Below are positions 10,902 to 21,228 of a stretch of 64,000 bases of DNA, one piece after another. Both the position numbers and the translations under genes were made by a program. The stretch lies in assembly GCA_963823555.1 (NCBI GenBank), contig CAWGMA010000002.1, positions 128,001 to 192,000 on the forward strand, read 5' to 3'. The notes under the pieces are model-generated. The model saw only the letters and a program-made list of their open reading frames with translations, was not told the origin of the DNA and ran no database searches. How positions within the stretch are numbered: the stretch's first letter is position 1; each line of letters opens with the position of its first letter. Source of the DNA: Candidatus Eiseniibacteriota bacterium. GTDB taxonomy: Bacteria > Eisenbacteria > RBG-16-71-46 > CAVPCR01.

Positions 10902-11969
10902 ATGATCGGTATCGGCAGGGTCTGGATCCGCGTCTTCTTCACGCTCGTGGTCGCCGCTTTGCCGCTGACCGCGCTCGCTGCGGATCGCATCGTCGTTCTC
11001 GAGCACTACACGAACTTCCGCTGAGGCGTCTGCGGGGTGGTGGATCCACCCCTCAAGAGCTGGATCCTGGGCAAGACCGACGTGGTCGCCATCGAGTACC
11101 ACACGTCCTTCCCCTATGCCGGAGATCCCTTCTATCTCGCCAATGTGCCCGAGCAGGAGAACCGGGTCTTCTACAACCAGGTCTTCGCGGCGCCGGCCAT
11201 CCGTTTCGACGGGCCCAACATCCCGACCGCCAACAACCAGACGGCCTACGAGAACCTCTACCAGCAGCGCAAGGCGGCACCGTCGCGCGCGCGAATCGAG
11301 CTGGGCGGGGATTACGATCCGGTGCTCAGGACCGGTGAAGTCACGGCGCGTGTCATCGCCGAATCCGCGATCAGTGGTGATCAGCGTCTGCGCATTGCCC
11401 TGACCGAGAGCGAGATCGACTACGCGGCGCCGAACGGGATCAACATCCACGAGCACGTCTTCCGGCGCTTCGTTCCCGACACGGCGGGAACCGTCATCGT
11501 CTTCTCAGCGCCCTACCCCGATACCATGACCGTGACCCTTCCCTTCACGGTGGAGCCCGACTGGATCGAGACGCATGTCGACCTGGTGGCCTTCCTCCAG
11601 GAGCAGGTCTCGCGCCAGATCGACCAGGGGGCCAAGGTCGGGGTGCTCGACCTGCAGGTGGGTATCAGCGAGGAACCGGCGCCGGCGCCAGCCGCCAGCC
11701 GGCTCCTGCCCGTCAGCCCGAATCCCTTCAGCCCTGGTGCCGAGATTCGCTTCGAGGTCGCCCGGACAGGGCCGATCGAGATCACGGTTCATGATGTGCA
11801 AGGACGGCTCGTCCGCACCCTGGTCGATGCCGTCCACGAGGCTGGCTCGAGGGCCATCGCCTGGGATGGCCGGGATGATTCCGGTCGTGATGCCGGATCC
11901 GGCATCTACTTCCTCAGGCTCGCGACAGCCGGAAGCTCCAGCATCCAGAAGGCCGTGCTGGTGCGCTAG
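10902..11969 (+). CDS. Secreted Omp28/thioredoxin-like protein with selenocysteine (UxxC) and C-terminal FlgD-Ig/T9SS-like domain
   Basis: RBS GGAG, ATG 10902, signal peptide ending ALA, then DRIVVLEHYTNFR-TGA(11022)-GVC in frame with ORF 11037..11969; IEYH, P.IRFDG, ALTES, HEHVFR, LVAFLQ; tail PNPFSP...WDGRDDSG..AGSGIYF. Confidence 0.85.
11034..11052 (+). promoter_or_regulatory. Candidate bacterial SECIS hairpin
   Basis: GGGGTGG-TGGAT-CCACCCC, perfect 7-bp stem; the loop starts 16 nt after the TGA and has G at its 2nd position. Confidence 0.75.
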
Positions 11970-12046
11970 CGCAACCGGCTTCTCGATCCTTTCCTGCCGC
12001 GCTACACTCCCTGCCGGTGGTGGCCGCCGGGGAAGGGAGCTGGCTC

Positions 12047-14999
12047 ATGTCCACACGCGAGGGGCAGCACCCCGCTCGCGTCAGCGCGGCGGCCGCAACG
12101 TTCGGCAAGGCTCAGCTCGATGCGACTCTGGCGCGTCTCCGGCGAGAGGTGCGCGGCGAGGTGCACACCGACGCGCTGAGCCGCGCCATCTACGCCACCG
12201 ACGCCTCCAATTACCGCATGGTCCCGCTCGGCGTCCTGATCCCGCGCGGGCGAGCCGATGTCGAGGCGGCGGTGGCGATCGCCGCCGAGCACGGCATTCC
12301 CCTCCTCCCCCGTGGCGCCGGCACCAGCCTCGCCGGCAACACCGTGGGCGCCGCGCTCGTCATCGACTTCACCAAGCATATGCACCGGGTTCTCGACCTG
12401 GATCCCTCGTCGCGCCGCGTGCGTGTCGAGCCCGGCGTGGTGGTGGGCCGGCTGAACCGCGCGCTAGCGGCCCACGGTCTCGTCTTCGGACCCGATCCGG
12501 CGACCAAGGATCGCGCCGTGCTCGGCGGGATGATCGGCAACAACTCCTGCGGGGCGCACTCGCTCGCCTATGGCAAGACCGTCGACCATGTCGAGGGTCT
12601 GGTGGCCGTGCTCGCCGACGGTAGCTTGATCGAATCCGGTCGCGGCGGCCGGATCGGGGGCGGCGGGCGGGCGCGAGCGATCGCCGCCGAGCTGGAACGC
12701 GTCGGCGCCGAGGTCGCTCCGCTCGTGCGGGCGCGTTATCCGCAGATCCCGCGCCGCGTCTCCGGGCTCAATCTCGACGAGATCGTCCCCGGGACGGAGT
12801 TCAACCTGCCCGGGCTCCTCACCGGTTCGGAGGGCACCCTGGCGGTGACCCTCGAGGCGACGCTGGCCCTGAACCAGCGCCCGCGCCATACGGCGCTCGC
12901 TCTCCTGTCCTTCAGCGACGTGCCGGAGGCGCTCGATGCCGTCCCTGAGCTTGTCGACCGTCATCGACCCGCCGCGCTCGAGCTCATCGATCGCACCCTG
13001 ATCGAGAGCGCGCGGGCCCGTCCCCGATTTCACCATGCTCTGCGTCTGTTCGACGCCACGGCCGGAGGCACGCTCCTCGTCGAGGCCGCCGGCGACTCGG
13101 CGGCCGAGGTCGGCGAGCGAGCGCGGGCGATCGGGAGGGAGAAGCTTCCCGGGCTCATCGCCGCGACGGTTCTCGTCGATCACGAGGAGCAGGAGGAGGC
13201 CTGGGCGCTTCGCGAGTCCGCGCTCGGTCTCCTGTGGAACGTGCGCGGCGAGGCCAAGCCGGTGGCTGGGGTCGAGGACACGGCCGTTCCGCCCCGGCGG
13301 TCTCGGCGACTACGTGCGCTCCTTCCGCGAGATCCTCCGCCAGCACGGCACCGAGGGCAGCTTCTACGGCCACGCTGGCGATGGCTGCTTGCACATTCGT
13401 GTGTTGCTCGATCTGAAGGCGGACGGGGGTCCGAAGAACCTGCGCCGGCTCACCGAGGAGGTGAGCGACCTCGTCCTCGCGCATGGCGGATCGCTCTCGG
13501 GCGAGCACGGTGACGGCATCGCGCGCAGCGAGCTCCTGGGGCGCATGTTCGGTGCCGAGCTCGTCCAGGCCTTTCGCCGCGTGAAAACCCTCTTCGACCC
13601 GCATTCGATCCTGAACCCAGGAAAGATCGTCGATCCCTATCCGCTCGATTCGCACCTGCGTTTCCATCCCGAGTACCGGTTGCGCGAGCCGGCCACGGTC
13701 TTCGATTGGTCCGCGGCGGAGGGATTCGGGCGCGCGGTGGAGTCATGCATCGGCGTCGGCAAGTGCCGGAAGATCGATGCCGGGACCATGTGCCCATCGT
13801 ACATGGTCACGCTCGACGAGCTGCACTCGACGCGCGGGCGCGCCAACGCCCTGCGCGAGGCCATGCTCGGCGAGATCCTGGGTGGCGGTGGCGACCCGCG
13901 CCACCTGGGGATCGCCGACCCGCACCTCCGGGATGCGCTCGACCTCTGTCTGTCCTGCAAGGCCTGCAAGCGCGAGTGCCCGACCGGTGTCGATCTGGCG
14001 CGGCTCAAGGCCGAGGTCCTCCATCATCAGCACCAGGTTCACGGCGTGCCCTTTCATCATCGGCTCTACGCCCGGATCGGTGCCTTCTCCGCCCTGGGGA
14101 TGGCGGCACCCGCTTGGATCAACGCGGTGGCCGCCTTTCCACCCGCTGGCCGGCTGTTGCGCGCGATCGCCCGCATCCATCCCGCGCGCAGCGTGCCACG
14201 CCTTGCAGCGCGGAGCTTTCGCGCCGACTTCGCCCGGCGCGTGACAGGAGCCGCCCCCGCCGCCGGCAGCAGCCGGGTGATCCTCCTCGATGACACCTTC
14301 AACAATTACCAGGAGCCGCAGATTCTCGCGGCGGCGGTCGAGGTGCTGGAGCGGGCGGGCTTCTCCGTTTCGCTGCCGGCGGAGCGGGTCTGCTGCGGCC
14401 GCCCCTTCTATTCCCTGGGTCTCCTGGACAGGGCGCGCGCGGCCGGACGCCATCTCCTCGAGGTGCTGGGCCCTGAGATCGATCGTGGCACGCTCGTCGT
14501 CGGATGCGAACCGAGCTGTCTTCTCACCTTCCGCGACGAGCTGCCCGAGCTCGTGCCGGGTCCCCGCTCACGCGCCCTCGCCGGCCAGGCGCGACTCCTC
14601 TCCGAGCTGCTCCTCGAGGCCGACTTCCAGCCGGGACGTCTCGCCGCCCGGGCCCTGGTGCATGGCCACTGCCACGAAACGGCGCTCGGCGGAGCCGAGG
14701 CCCTGAACGCCGTCCTGGGTCGCGTCGAGGATCTCGAGTTCGAGGTCCTCGATGCGGGTTGCTGCGGCATGGCTGGGGCCTTCGGCTATGAGCGGGATCA
14801 CTATGACCTGTCGATGGCGATCGGGGAGCGGGTCCTCCTGCCGCGCGCCCGCGATGCCGCCCCGGGGACCCTTCTCATCGCCAACGGCACCTCCTGCCGG
14901 CACCAGATCCGGGATGGGGCCAAGCGGCAGGCGCTGCACGTCGCCGAGGTGCTGGCCCGCTGTACGCTTTCGACAGTGGCGCCGGCGCCCGGCAATTGA
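12047..14999 (+). CDS. FAD-binding and Fe-S/CCG-domain oxidoreductase (YdiJ/GlcD-GlcF-like); one frameshift at ~13292
   Basis: YATDASNY, PRGAGTSLAG, GGMIGNNSCG, GSEGTL, SGEHGDG, CIGVGKC, CLSCKACKRECP, CCG motifs; one extra C in CCCC 13292-13295 joins two ORFs. Confidence 0.9.
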
Positions 15000-15011
15000 T
15001 AGCGTTCCGCC

Positions 15012-16001
15012 ATGGCTCGATCCCCTGCCTCGTTCCGCCTGCCCGATCCCACCGCGGCCATCCGCATCGGCATCTCGAGCTGCCTGCTCGGGCAGGAGGT
15101 GCGCTTCGACGGTGGTCACAAGGAGGATCGCTTCATCAGTCGCACCCTCTCCAATTACTTCGAGTACGTCCCCGTCTGTCCCGAGTTCGAGGTGGGGATG
15201 GGCGTGCCGCGGGAGTCGTTGCGACTGGTGGGGGACCCCGAATCACCGCGCCTGATCACCGTCCGCACCAAGATCGACCACACTCGTGACATGCACCGTT
15301 TCTCCGCGGCGCGGGTCCGAGAGCTCGCCGTGGAGCATCTCGACGGCTACATCTTCAAGAAGGACTCGCCGAGCTGTGGCATCGAGCGAGTACGGGTCTA
15401 CAACGAGGAGACCGGGATGGCCGTGCGGCAGGGAATCGGCATGTTCGCCCGCGAGTTCATGGCTCGCTTCCCGCTGGTGCCGGTGGAAGAGGAAGGCCGC
15501 CTGAGCGATCCGGTCCTCCGCGAGAACTTCATCGAGCGGGTCTTCTGCCACTGGCGATGGCGGAACCTGGTGGCCGACGGGTTCACTCGTGGCCGGCTGG
15601 TGGCGTTCCACACCGCGCACAAGCTGCTCCTCCTCGCGCACAGCCCCCAGCACTATGAACAGATGGGCCGGCTGGTGGCGCGCCCCAAGGAGCACAAGCC
15701 GGCGGAGCTGGCCCGGCGCTACGGCGAGCTCCTGGCGGCGGGGCTCGAGATCAAGGCCACGGCGCGCAAGCACGTCAATGTCATGACGCACATCGCCGGA
15801 TACTTCAAGAAGCAGCTCAGCGCCGACGAGAAGGCCGAGCTTCAGGCCCTCATCACGGACTATCGCCAGGGACTCGTCCCGCTCGTCGTTCCGATCACCC
15901 TCATCAAGCACTACGTTCGCAAGTTCGATATCTCGTACCTGCACGATCAGGTCTACCTGAACCCCCACCCCAAGGAGCTCATGCTCCGGAACCACGTGTA
16001 A
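15012..16001 (+). CDS. DUF523 + DUF1722 protein (YbgA / 2-thiouracil desulfurase-like)
   Basis: GISSCLLGQEVRFDGGH, CPE, SPSCG, EEEGRL, HIAGYFKK, YLNPHPKELMLRNHV. Confidence 0.92.
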   Translation: MARSPASFRLPDPTAAIRIGISSCLLGQEVRFDGGHKEDRFISRTLSNYFEYVPVCPEFEVGMGVPRESLRLVGDPESPRLITVRTKIDHTRDMHRFSAARVRELAVEHLDGYIFKKDSPSCGIERVRVYNEETGMAVRQGIGMFAREFMARFPLVPVEEEGRLSDPVLRENFIERVFCHWRWRNLVADGFTRGRLVAFHTAHKLLLLAHSPQHYEQMGRLVARPKEHKPAELARRYGELLAAGLEIKATARKHVNVMTHIAGYFKKQLSADEKAELQALITDYRQGLVPLVVPITLIKHYVRKFDISYLHDQVYLNPHPKELMLRNHV

Positions 16002-16005
16002 AGCC

Positions 16006-16377
16006 ATGATGAAGCTCTTGATCCGTTGGGCCATCGTCGCTGTTGCACTCTTCGTGGCCGCCTGGCTGGTGCCGGGCATCCGCGTCGAGCAGAGTGGAAT
16101 CGGCGTGTATGCCGTTACCGCCATCATCCTCGGGTTGGTGAACGCCGTCGTGCGGCCGCTTCTCCTGCTTCTGACCTGTCCGGCCGTGATCCTGACGCTC
16201 GGGCTCTTCGTCTTCGTCGTCAACGCCATCGCGCTCCGGATCGCCTCGTCGATCGCCGTCAACTGGTTCCATGTCGGGTTCCATGTCGACGGTTTCGGTG
16301 CCGCTTTTCTCGGCGCTCTCATCGTGAGCATCGTCTCCGTCATCCTGTCGGCGGTGGTCAAGGACGACTGGGAGTAG
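16006..16377 (+). CDS. DUF360 / YvlD (phage-holin-family 4) membrane protein
   Basis: LGLVNAVVRP, LTLGLF..VVNA, GFHVDGF.AAFLGA. Confidence 0.9.
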   Translation: MMKLLIRWAIVAVALFVAAWLVPGIRVEQSGIGVYAVTAIILGLVNAVVRPLLLLLTCPAVILTLGLFVFVVNAIALRIASSIAVNWFHVGFHVDGFGAAFLGALIVSIVSVILSAVVKDDWE

Positions 16378-16384
16378 GCGGGGG

Positions 16385-16954
16385 ATGACGGAGAAGGAGC
16401 GCGTGCGCGAGGTCTACAAGGGGCGGGTCGTCCACCTCGTGATCGAGGATGTGGAGCTGCCGAACGGGAATCGGGTCCCGCTCGAGATCATCCATCACCC
16501 GGGCGCGGCCGCGGTGGTGCCGTTCACCGCGGCCGGCGAGGTGCTCCTGGTGCGCCAGTACCGGCATGCGGCGGGCGGTTACCTGCTCGAGGTCCCGGCC
16601 GGCAAGCTCGACCCGGGAGAGGCGCCCGAGGCCTGCGCGCTGCGGGAGACCGAGGAAGAGGTGGGCTACGCGCCGGGGCACCTGACGCGGCTGGGTGCGA
16701 TCTACACGACCCCCGGCTTCACCGACGAGGTGATCCATCTCTACGCCGCTCACGATCTCGTGCCGGGAACTGCCAACCTGGGCCCCGACGAGGTGCTGAG
16801 CGTGGTGCAGCTACCGCTTGCCGAGGCGTTGGCCAGGATCAGGCGCGGCGAGATCCAGGATGCGAAGACCATCTGCGCCCTGATGATGGCCGATCGGCTC
16901 TTTGGAGCTGGCGCCGGCGCCGCCGATCCGGGGCCGCAGCCGCCTCGTGCCTAG
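16385..16954 (+). CDS. NUDIX hydrolase (ADP-ribose pyrophosphatase-like)
   Basis: HPGAAAVV, RQYR, PAGKLDPGE...RETEEEVG, PGFTDE, DAKT. Confidence 0.9.
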   Translation: MTEKERVREVYKGRVVHLVIEDVELPNGNRVPLEIIHHPGAAAVVPFTAAGEVLLVRQYRHAAGGYLLEVPAGKLDPGEAPEACALRETEEEVGYAPGHLTRLGAIYTTPGFTDEVIHLYAAHDLVPGTANLGPDEVLSVVQLPLAEALARIRRGEIQDAKTICALMMADRLFGAGAGAADPGPQPPRA

Positions 16955-17802
16955 CGATCGGCGCCGGCGTAGCGGCGAGCGGTCGTCACGGCGTGGAAGG
17001 CGATGACGAGGATGACGGTCGCGCCCCCGAGCAGAGCCAGCGATCCCGGGCGCTCGCCGCGCGCGATGAAGACCCAGACCGGATTGAGCACGGGCTCGAT
17101 CAAGGCGAAGAGCGCCACCTCGAGCGCCGGCAGACGCCGGATGGCCACCGTCAGCAAGAGGTAGCCGAGTCCGAGCTGGCCCGCGCCGAGCAGGATCAGG
17201 TAGCAGAGCTGGTCGCTGGTGAGCGCGAAGTCGGGCCATACCCAGGGTAGCGCGAGCAGCACGGCGGCCAGGTTCCCCAGCGCCAAGGTCTGCAGCAGCG
17301 GAGTGGCCCGCTGCCGGCGCATGAGGATCATCATCAGCCCGAAGCAGAATCCGGATGCCAGCGCCACGGCGTTGCCGCGTCCCCCGGTCGGTCCCACCCG
17401 CTCGGCGAGGACGAGGAGCAGGCCGACGAGCGCGCCGCCCACCGCGAAGACATCCGCCGCCCGGGGCCACCGGCGCTCGAGGATCGCGCCGAGCAAAATC
17501 ACCCAAACCGGGGCCGTCGACTGGAGGAGGATGGCATTGGCGGCCGTCGTCGACTTGTTGGCGACCACGAACAGGTTGACCGTGAAGGCATAGCTCAGGA
17601 TGACGCCGATCGACGCGGGACGCACCCGGCTCCAGCCGCGGCCGGCCACGAGGGCGAGAAACAGGCAGCAGAAGAGCGAACGGTAGAGCGAGATCGTGAG
17701 CGGCGGCAGATCGATGAACTTGAAGAGGACGCCGGCTGTAGACCAGCACATGGCGCCGGCCAGGATGGCGAGGATGCCCAGGCTGTAGGAGCGACGGTCC
17801 AC
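16951..17802 (-). CDS. DMT/EamA family transporter; start uncertain (GTG 17802 or ATG 17811)
   Basis: About 10 hydrophobic helices, TTAANAILLQSTAP, IEPVLNPVWV, GERP. Confidence 0.9.
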   Translation of the reverse strand: MDRRSYSLGILAILAGAMCWSTAGVLFKFIDLPPLTISLYRSLFCCLFLALVAGRGWSRVRPASIGVILSYAFTVNLFVVANKSTTAANAILLQSTAPVWVILLGAILERRWPRAADVFAVGGALVGLLLVLAERVGPTGGRGNAVALASGFCFGLMMILMRRQRATPLLQTLALGNLAAVLLALPWVWPDFALTSDQLCYLILLGAGQLGLGYLLLTVAIRRLPALEVALFALIEPVLNPVWVFIARGERPGSLALLGGATVILVIAFHAVTTARRYAGADR

Positions 17803-17982
17803 GGGGCACATCGTATCATGCACGTGGCAGGGCTCGATCCGGGGCAAAGCACCCAGGTCGCGGCACGAAATCGGTGCACACGATGTCTCGACATGTCACA
17901 CCTCTGTCCATTCGTGCTAGAATAGTGGTGCAGTGACCTCGCTGCTGCTCCCGGAGTCTCTGCAAATCGGAGGTCGCTCGCC

Positions 17983-18138
17983 ATGCTAAGAGTATTGCCC
18001 CTATTGATCGGACTGGCAGCCCTGCTCCTCGTCACGGATCACTGGGAGATCATCTTCAAGGTGACCCGAGAGGCCGGGCAGTGGCTGTGGCCCTATCTCG
18101 CATCGTTCCTGGATTCGATCGGCGCCTACGCACCGTAG
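17983..18138 (+). CDS. Small 51-aa membrane protein (not in the ORF track)
   Basis: GGAGGT RBS 8 nt before ATG; upstream TG-n-TAGAAT -10 (17918-17923); MLRVLPLLIGLAALLLVTDHWEIIFKVTREAGQWLWPYLASFLDSIGAYAP*. Confidence 0.65.
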   Translation: MLRVLPLLIGLAALLLVTDHWEIIFKVTREAGQWLWPYLASFLDSIGAYAP

Positions 18139-18286
18139 GCCGGTGCAGCGTGCCTTGACCAGGAACGAATCCTCGGTCCGCATCGCATTCCGCTGCCCCG
18201 GGTTCCCTCCGCGCATCCCGCGCTTGCCGCCCCCACCCGCATCTGGCAGCATCGCCCGGCGACCCCGTCCCGTCGACCAATGACTC

Positions 18287-18769
18287 ATGGCACGCGAACC
18301 CATTCCCACGTGGTTCTTTGTTCTCCTCGTCGTCCGCCGCGGTGATCGCTTCCTCCTCGTCCAGGAGTCGAAGCCCGGCGAACCGTGGTACTTGCCGGCC
18401 GGGCGCGTGGAGCCGGGCGAGGACTTCATGGCCGCCGCCCGTCGCGAGTGCGTCGAGGAAGCAGGGATCCCGATCGAGATCGAGGGCGTGCTGCGATTGG
18501 AGCACACACCGCTTGCGGGCGGTGGCGCCCGGGTGCGCGTGATCCTCGTCGCGCGGCCGCGGGATGACTCAACCCCCAAGACGGAGGCCGACGGCGAATC
18601 GCTCGGTGCCGACTGGTTCACGCTCTCCGACATGCGACACATCGATCTGCGCGCCGATGAGGTTCTCCGCTACTGCGAGCACGTGGCCGGAGGAGGGCGC
18701 ATCTACCCGTTGGAGGTGCTCGGAGACGAGCTGGCGCGTGGAGGCGGCAGAACCCGTACGGCTCCATGA
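18287..18769 (+). CDS. NUDIX hydrolase
   Basis: LLVQE, WYLPAGRVEPGE...RRECVEEAG. Confidence 0.88.
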   Translation: MAREPIPTWFFVLLVVRRGDRFLLVQESKPGEPWYLPAGRVEPGEDFMAAARRECVEEAGIPIEIEGVLRLEHTPLAGGGARVRVILVARPRDDSTPKTEADGESLGADWFTLSDMRHIDLRADEVLRYCEHVAGGGRIYPLEVLGDELARGGGRTRTAP

Positions 18770-19413
18770 GCGAGGACAGGAGCGGTCCGCATGACGATTC
18801 GAGCATCTGGCCCCGGTACTACGACGCGGTGTCGGGCCGCGAGCCCCGGGATCTGCTCCGCCGCCTCATCACTCTCCTCGATGAACGCGGCATCGCAGGC
18901 CGCGGCCGCCAGGCGATCGACCTCGGTTGCGGCGACGGCACCGACGCCATCGCGCTCCTCGGGCAGGGCTTCGATGTGCTCGCCGTCGACGGCCACGAGG
19001 AAGCGATCGCCCGCCTCCGCGCCCGGCTTCCCCTCGCGTCCGCGATCCGCCTCGAGACTCAGGTGGCGAGCTTCGAGACGATGGCCCTCAGGCCGGCGGA
19101 CATCATTTTCGCCTCCCTGAGTTTGCCCTTCTGCCGGCCGGCCGCCTTTCCCTGGGTCTGGCTCAAGATCGCTGGGTTGCTGCGGCCGGGTGGCTGGTTT
19201 GCCGGGCATTTCTTCGGTGTTCGGGACTCGTGGGCGACACGCAGCGAAATGACCTTCCACACGGCGGGGCAGTTGCGCGCGCTCCTTGCTCCCTTCACGA
19301 TCGAGTTCTTCTCCGAGGAGGAAAGGGATGGATCGACCGCCCTCGGCGAAGCCAAGCACTGGCATCTGTTCTCGGTGATCGCCGAGAAGCGCGTTGAGTC
19401 GCGCAAGGAATGA
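18766..19413 (+). CDS. Class I SAM-dependent methyltransferase (TehB-like)
   Basis: AIDLGCGDG, VLAVD, LRPGGWFAG, KHWH; ATGA overlap. Confidence 0.88.
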   Translation: MSEDRSGPHDDSSIWPRYYDAVSGREPRDLLRRLITLLDERGIAGRGRQAIDLGCGDGTDAIALLGQGFDVLAVDGHEEAIARLRARLPLASAIRLETQVASFETMALRPADIIFASLSLPFCRPAAFPWVWLKIAGLLRPGGWFAGHFFGVRDSWATRSEMTFHTAGQLRALLAPFTIEFFSEEERDGSTALGEAKHWHLFSVIAEKRVESRKE

Positions 19414-20852
19414 CCATGGATGACACCGCACTCGACATGCAGGAATTCCGCGCGATCGGTCACCACCTGGTCGACCGGTTGGCGGATCTCCTCGAGCACG
19501 CGGCGGAGCGCCCGCTCTTCCCGGATGTGTCGCCGCGCGTCCTGGAAGAGGCGTTCGCGGAACCGCTCCCGCAAGGGCCCGAGCCACTGGCCGCGATCCT
19601 GGCCGAGCTCGAACGGAATCTCTTCCCCTACTCGACCCAGCTCTCCCATCCCGGCTACTTCGGGCTCATCACGCCCAGCCCGACCCCGGCGGGCATCCTG
19701 GCCGACTTCATCGCCTCGGCGCTCAACCAGAACATCGGCGCCTACTCGATCGGTCCGGCGGCGACCGCGCTCGAGCGGCGCACGGTCCAGTGGCTCACCG
19801 ATCTCGTGGGCTATGACGAACGGGCGGGGGGCAACCTCACGAGCGGGGGCACCATGGCCAACTTCATCGGGCTCAAGCTGGCCCGCGACTGGGTATCCGG
19901 CGATCGCGCCCAGGAGGAAGGGGTGGGTGATCGCTATGCGGCCTATACCTCGGAGGAGCGTCACGTCGCGGTCGACAAGGCCGTGGATGCGATCGGCATC
20001 GGCCGCGCCGGGCTGCGCGTGCTTCCGACCGATGACCGCTTCGCCCTGAGCCTCGAGGCGCTCGAGGCGGCGATCGCCGCCGACAAGAGCCGCGGGGTGC
20101 GTCCGATGTGCATCGTGGCCATGGGCGGAAGCACCAATACCGGGGCGGTGGATGCGCTCGAGGAACTCCGCCGCATCGCCGACCGCGAGCGGATGTGGGT
20201 GCATGTGGATGCCGCCTATGGCGGCGGCATGCTCTTGTCGCAACAGCATCCCGGTGTGCTGGCCGGGCTCGCGCTCGCCGATTCGATCACGCTCGATCCA
20301 CACAAGTGGTTCTATGCGCCGGTCGATGCCGGGGCGATCCTGGTCAAGGACGGCGCGCGATTGACCCGGTCCTTTGGCATGCAGCCCGCCTATCTCACCG
20401 ACCGGCGCGATCCGGGCGGGGAGCGCTACAATTACTACGTGCATGGCTTCGAGCAGTCGCGCCGGTTTCGGAGCCTCAAGGTCTGGATGGGCTTCAAGCG
20501 CTACGGCGCGCGGCAGATCGGCCGCTGGATCGATGCCAACGTGGCGCAGGCCGAGCGACTGTGGGCGCTCGCCACCGCTCACCCCGACTTCGAGCCCGCG
20601 ACGCGACCGGCCATGTCGGCGGTCTGCCTGCGCTACCGGCCTGCCGGATGGGAGGAGGAGCGTCTGGCGCCCCTCCATGCCGACGTCGTCCGCCGAATCG
20701 AGGCCGGAGGCCGCTTCTGGATCTCGAGCACCGTCCTCAAGGGCCGGACCTGGTTCCGCGTCAATCCGGTCAACTTCCGCACTCGGCTCGCGCACATGGA
20801 CGAGCTCTTCGCGCTTCTCGTGCGCGAGTGTGAGCGCGGGCCTGGAGGGTAG
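19410..20852 (+). CDS. Group II PLP-dependent (aromatic amino acid / glutamate-type) decarboxylase
   Basis: HPGYFG, SGGTMAN, HVDAAYGG, ADSITLDPHKW, SRRFRSLKVW. Confidence 0.92.
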   Translation: MTMDDTALDMQEFRAIGHHLVDRLADLLEHAAERPLFPDVSPRVLEEAFAEPLPQGPEPLAAILAELERNLFPYSTQLSHPGYFGLITPSPTPAGILADFIASALNQNIGAYSIGPAATALERRTVQWLTDLVGYDERAGGNLTSGGTMANFIGLKLARDWVSGDRAQEEGVGDRYAAYTSEERHVAVDKAVDAIGIGRAGLRVLPTDDRFALSLEALEAAIAADKSRGVRPMCIVAMGGSTNTGAVDALEELRRIADRERMWVHVDAAYGGGMLLSQQHPGVLAGLALADSITLDPHKWFYAPVDAGAILVKDGARLTRSFGMQPAYLTDRRDPGGERYNYYVHGFEQSRRFRSLKVWMGFKRYGARQIGRWIDANVAQAERLWALATAHPDFEPATRPAMSAVCLRYRPAGWEEERLAPLHADVVRRIEAGGRFWISSTVLKGRTWFRVNPVNFRTRLAHMDELFALLVRECERGPGG

Positions 20853-20858
20853 TGATTC

Positions 20859-21152
20859 ATGCCTGCTTATGTGATCGTCGACATCGACGTGCACGATCCC
20901 GTGACCTACGAGGAATACAAGCGGCTATCGGGTGCGTCTCTCGCCGCCCATGACGGTCGCTTCATCGTGCGCGGCGGCAAGGTGGAAACACTCGAGGGAT
21001 CCTGGCGCCCGCGCCGGATGGTGGTGCTCGAATTCCCCAGTGTGGCGCAGGCCAAGGCCTGGTGGAGCTCGGCGGAATACGAGGAGGCGAAGAAGATCCG
21101 GCAGGCGAGCGCCGCGACCGAGATGATCGTGGTCGAGGGCGTGCCGGACTGA
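20859..21152 (+). CDS. DUF1330 family protein
   Basis: MPAYVIV, GRFIVRGG, LEG.W, VVLEFPS, W..S.EY. Confidence 0.92.
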   Translation: MPAYVIVDIDVHDPVTYEEYKRLSGASLAAHDGRFIVRGGKVETLEGSWRPRRMVVLEFPSVAQAKAWWSSAEYEEAKKIRQASAATEMIVVEGVPD

Positions 21153-21178
21153 CGGTCGCGGGGCGGCCGCCTTCACCA

Positions 21179-21207
21179 TTGACCCCTCTGCGGCCCGCCC
21201 TCATCAT
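21179..21207 (+). promoter_or_regulatory. Putative sigma70 promoter
   Basis: TTGACC-17nt-CATCAT. Confidence 0.45.
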
Positions 21208-21228
21208 GCTTCTCCTAGGGAGATTGCG

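Noticed and set aside
16006..16377. Holin-family gene as prophage evidence
   Set aside because: DUF360 genes are commonly chromosomal; no phage genes nearby
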